Below, piece by piece: positions 45,704 to 46,500 of a stretch of 46,500 nucleotides of DNA. The DNA comes from an uncultured Hyphomicrobiales bacterium. GTDB taxonomy: Bacteria; Pseudomonadota; Alphaproteobacteria; UBA7879. The stretch spans positions 1 to 46,500 of the forward strand of contig CAYOCE010000004.1 of assembly GCA_964402405.1 (NCBI GenBank), written 5' to 3'. The position numbers and the translations under genes were made by a program. Below the pieces are notes generated by a model. It was not told the origin of the DNA. It ran no database searches and was given only the letters and a program-made list of their open reading frames with translations. Every line of letters begins with the position of its first letter. Position 1 is the first letter of the stretch.

Positions 45704-46500
45704 CTACGTTGCTCCTCTTTTGAAAACTGACCTCATAAAATAAGATACGATTAATAAAACCCCTGAAAATGAATAGCTGACCCAAGCAAACTTATTAAAA
45801 ACATCCGTGTAAACATTTAAATTATCCATCGAGGAAGTTATAATATTAGCTTTATCAACGCAGGTTAATTTTGCGAGAAATACAGCGATGATTTGCGAGC
45901 AAGACACTGCTAAAAACCAAATTCCCATGATGATACTGGTAAATTTTTTTGGAGAAAATTTACTGACCATGGCAATCCCTGTAGGAACAATAAGGACCTC
46001 TGCCAACATTAAAAGGGTATAAGACCCTACAACCCACCAAACGGAAACCAAACTTTGGTCAGAAGCAAACCCCCCGCTAATATCAAGAACAGTAAATGAA
46101 AGTCCTGTGGCCAACAGCCCAAAAAACCCTTTCAAGGGTACACTGGGATCCAGATTGTATTGTTGGAGCTTAGTCCATAAAGCCCCTGTAATGGGTAGTA
46201 AAATCAAAACAATACCAAACAGCATTTGAAAAGACGTGGTGGGGATATGCCTAGCTCCAAATAAAGTATCTCTTCCTATTAATCCCATAATGGATCTATC
46301 TACGTGTCTATCGATAAATAGGTTAATGGACATCCAAGATTGTTCATAAAGAGAAAAAAATACGGTGAAGAAAAACATAAGAACAAACATGGATCCTACC
46401 ACTTTGAGTATTTCTTTGCCTTCTTTAAGCCCAATATAAAACAACGTTACAAAGGCAACCACCACTAAAATAGGTAGAATGGTTTCCATCCATATAGGAT
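45704..46500 (-). CDS. POT/PTR2-family proton-dependent oligopeptide transporter, C-terminal part (N-terminus beyond window)
   Basis: The frame stays open upstream of the track's first Met to the window edge. ...FSLYEQSWMSINLFIDRHVDR... and the following six or so TM helices resemble the C-terminal half of DtpT-like transporters. Confidence 0.75.
   Translation of the reverse strand, partial: PIWMETILPILVVVAFVTLFYIGLKEGKEILKVVGSMFVLMFFFTVFFSLYEQSWMSINLFIDRHVDRSIMGLIGRDTLFGARHIPTTSFQMLFGIVLILLPITGALWTKLQQYNLDPSVPLKGFFGLLATGLSFTVLDISGGFASDQSLVSVWWVVGSYTLLMLAEVLIVPTGIAMVSKFSPKKFTSIIMGIWFLAVSCSQIIAVFLAKLTCVDKANIITSSMDNLNVYTDVFNKFAWVSYSFSGVLLIVSYFMRSVFKRGAT

Noticed and set aside
1-46500. CRISPR arrays, rRNA operons, prophage or conjugation gene sets.
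   Set aside because: No series of regularly spaced short repeats, no rRNA-like sequence, and no integrase, capsid, terminase or relaxase-like ORFs were seen in the window.

Overview
A 46.5 kb chromosomal segment that looks alphaproteobacterial, probably from a host-associated or intracellular lineage; the taxonomy is inferred from gene content and order only. About 40 protein genes and no rRNA, tRNA or CRISPR were recognised. Conserved housekeeping genes are relatively GC-rich: ileS, nusB, nrdR, glyA, yidC, yidD, typA/bipA, ampG, prmA, pepP-like, hpf, thyX, recG, mlaA, mlaC, murJ, dps, a ubiH-family hydroxylase, sodB and a POT transporter. Between them lie visibly AT-richer accessory stretches: (i) a 1010-aa LuxR-HTH / predicted TM helix / NB-ARC / TPR STAND NTPase at 15.2-18.3 kb; (ii) an XRE-HTH plus sensor histidine kinase operon with no receiver-domain partner, next to an orphan secreted protein, at 21.5-26.1 kb; (iii) an AAA-ATPase/PD-(D/E)XK fusion and a secreted coiled-coil protein whose gene is flanked by a 43-bp duplication of the thyX 3' end, at 27.5-29.8 kb; (iv) a cluster of membrane protein, YgjP-like metallopeptidase and two Cys-patterned secreted proteins at 30.7-33.1 kb. 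A three-gene amino-acid transporter operon (AGCS symporter plus two tandem APA-family antiporter paralogues) carries a structured leader. Other repeats are two paralogous Rpn/YhgA-type nuclease genes, three copies of a GC-rich palindromic MITE-like element in housekeeping spacers, and several short tandem or inverted repeats. All calls come from reading the ORF translations and the DNA by eye. No database search was run.
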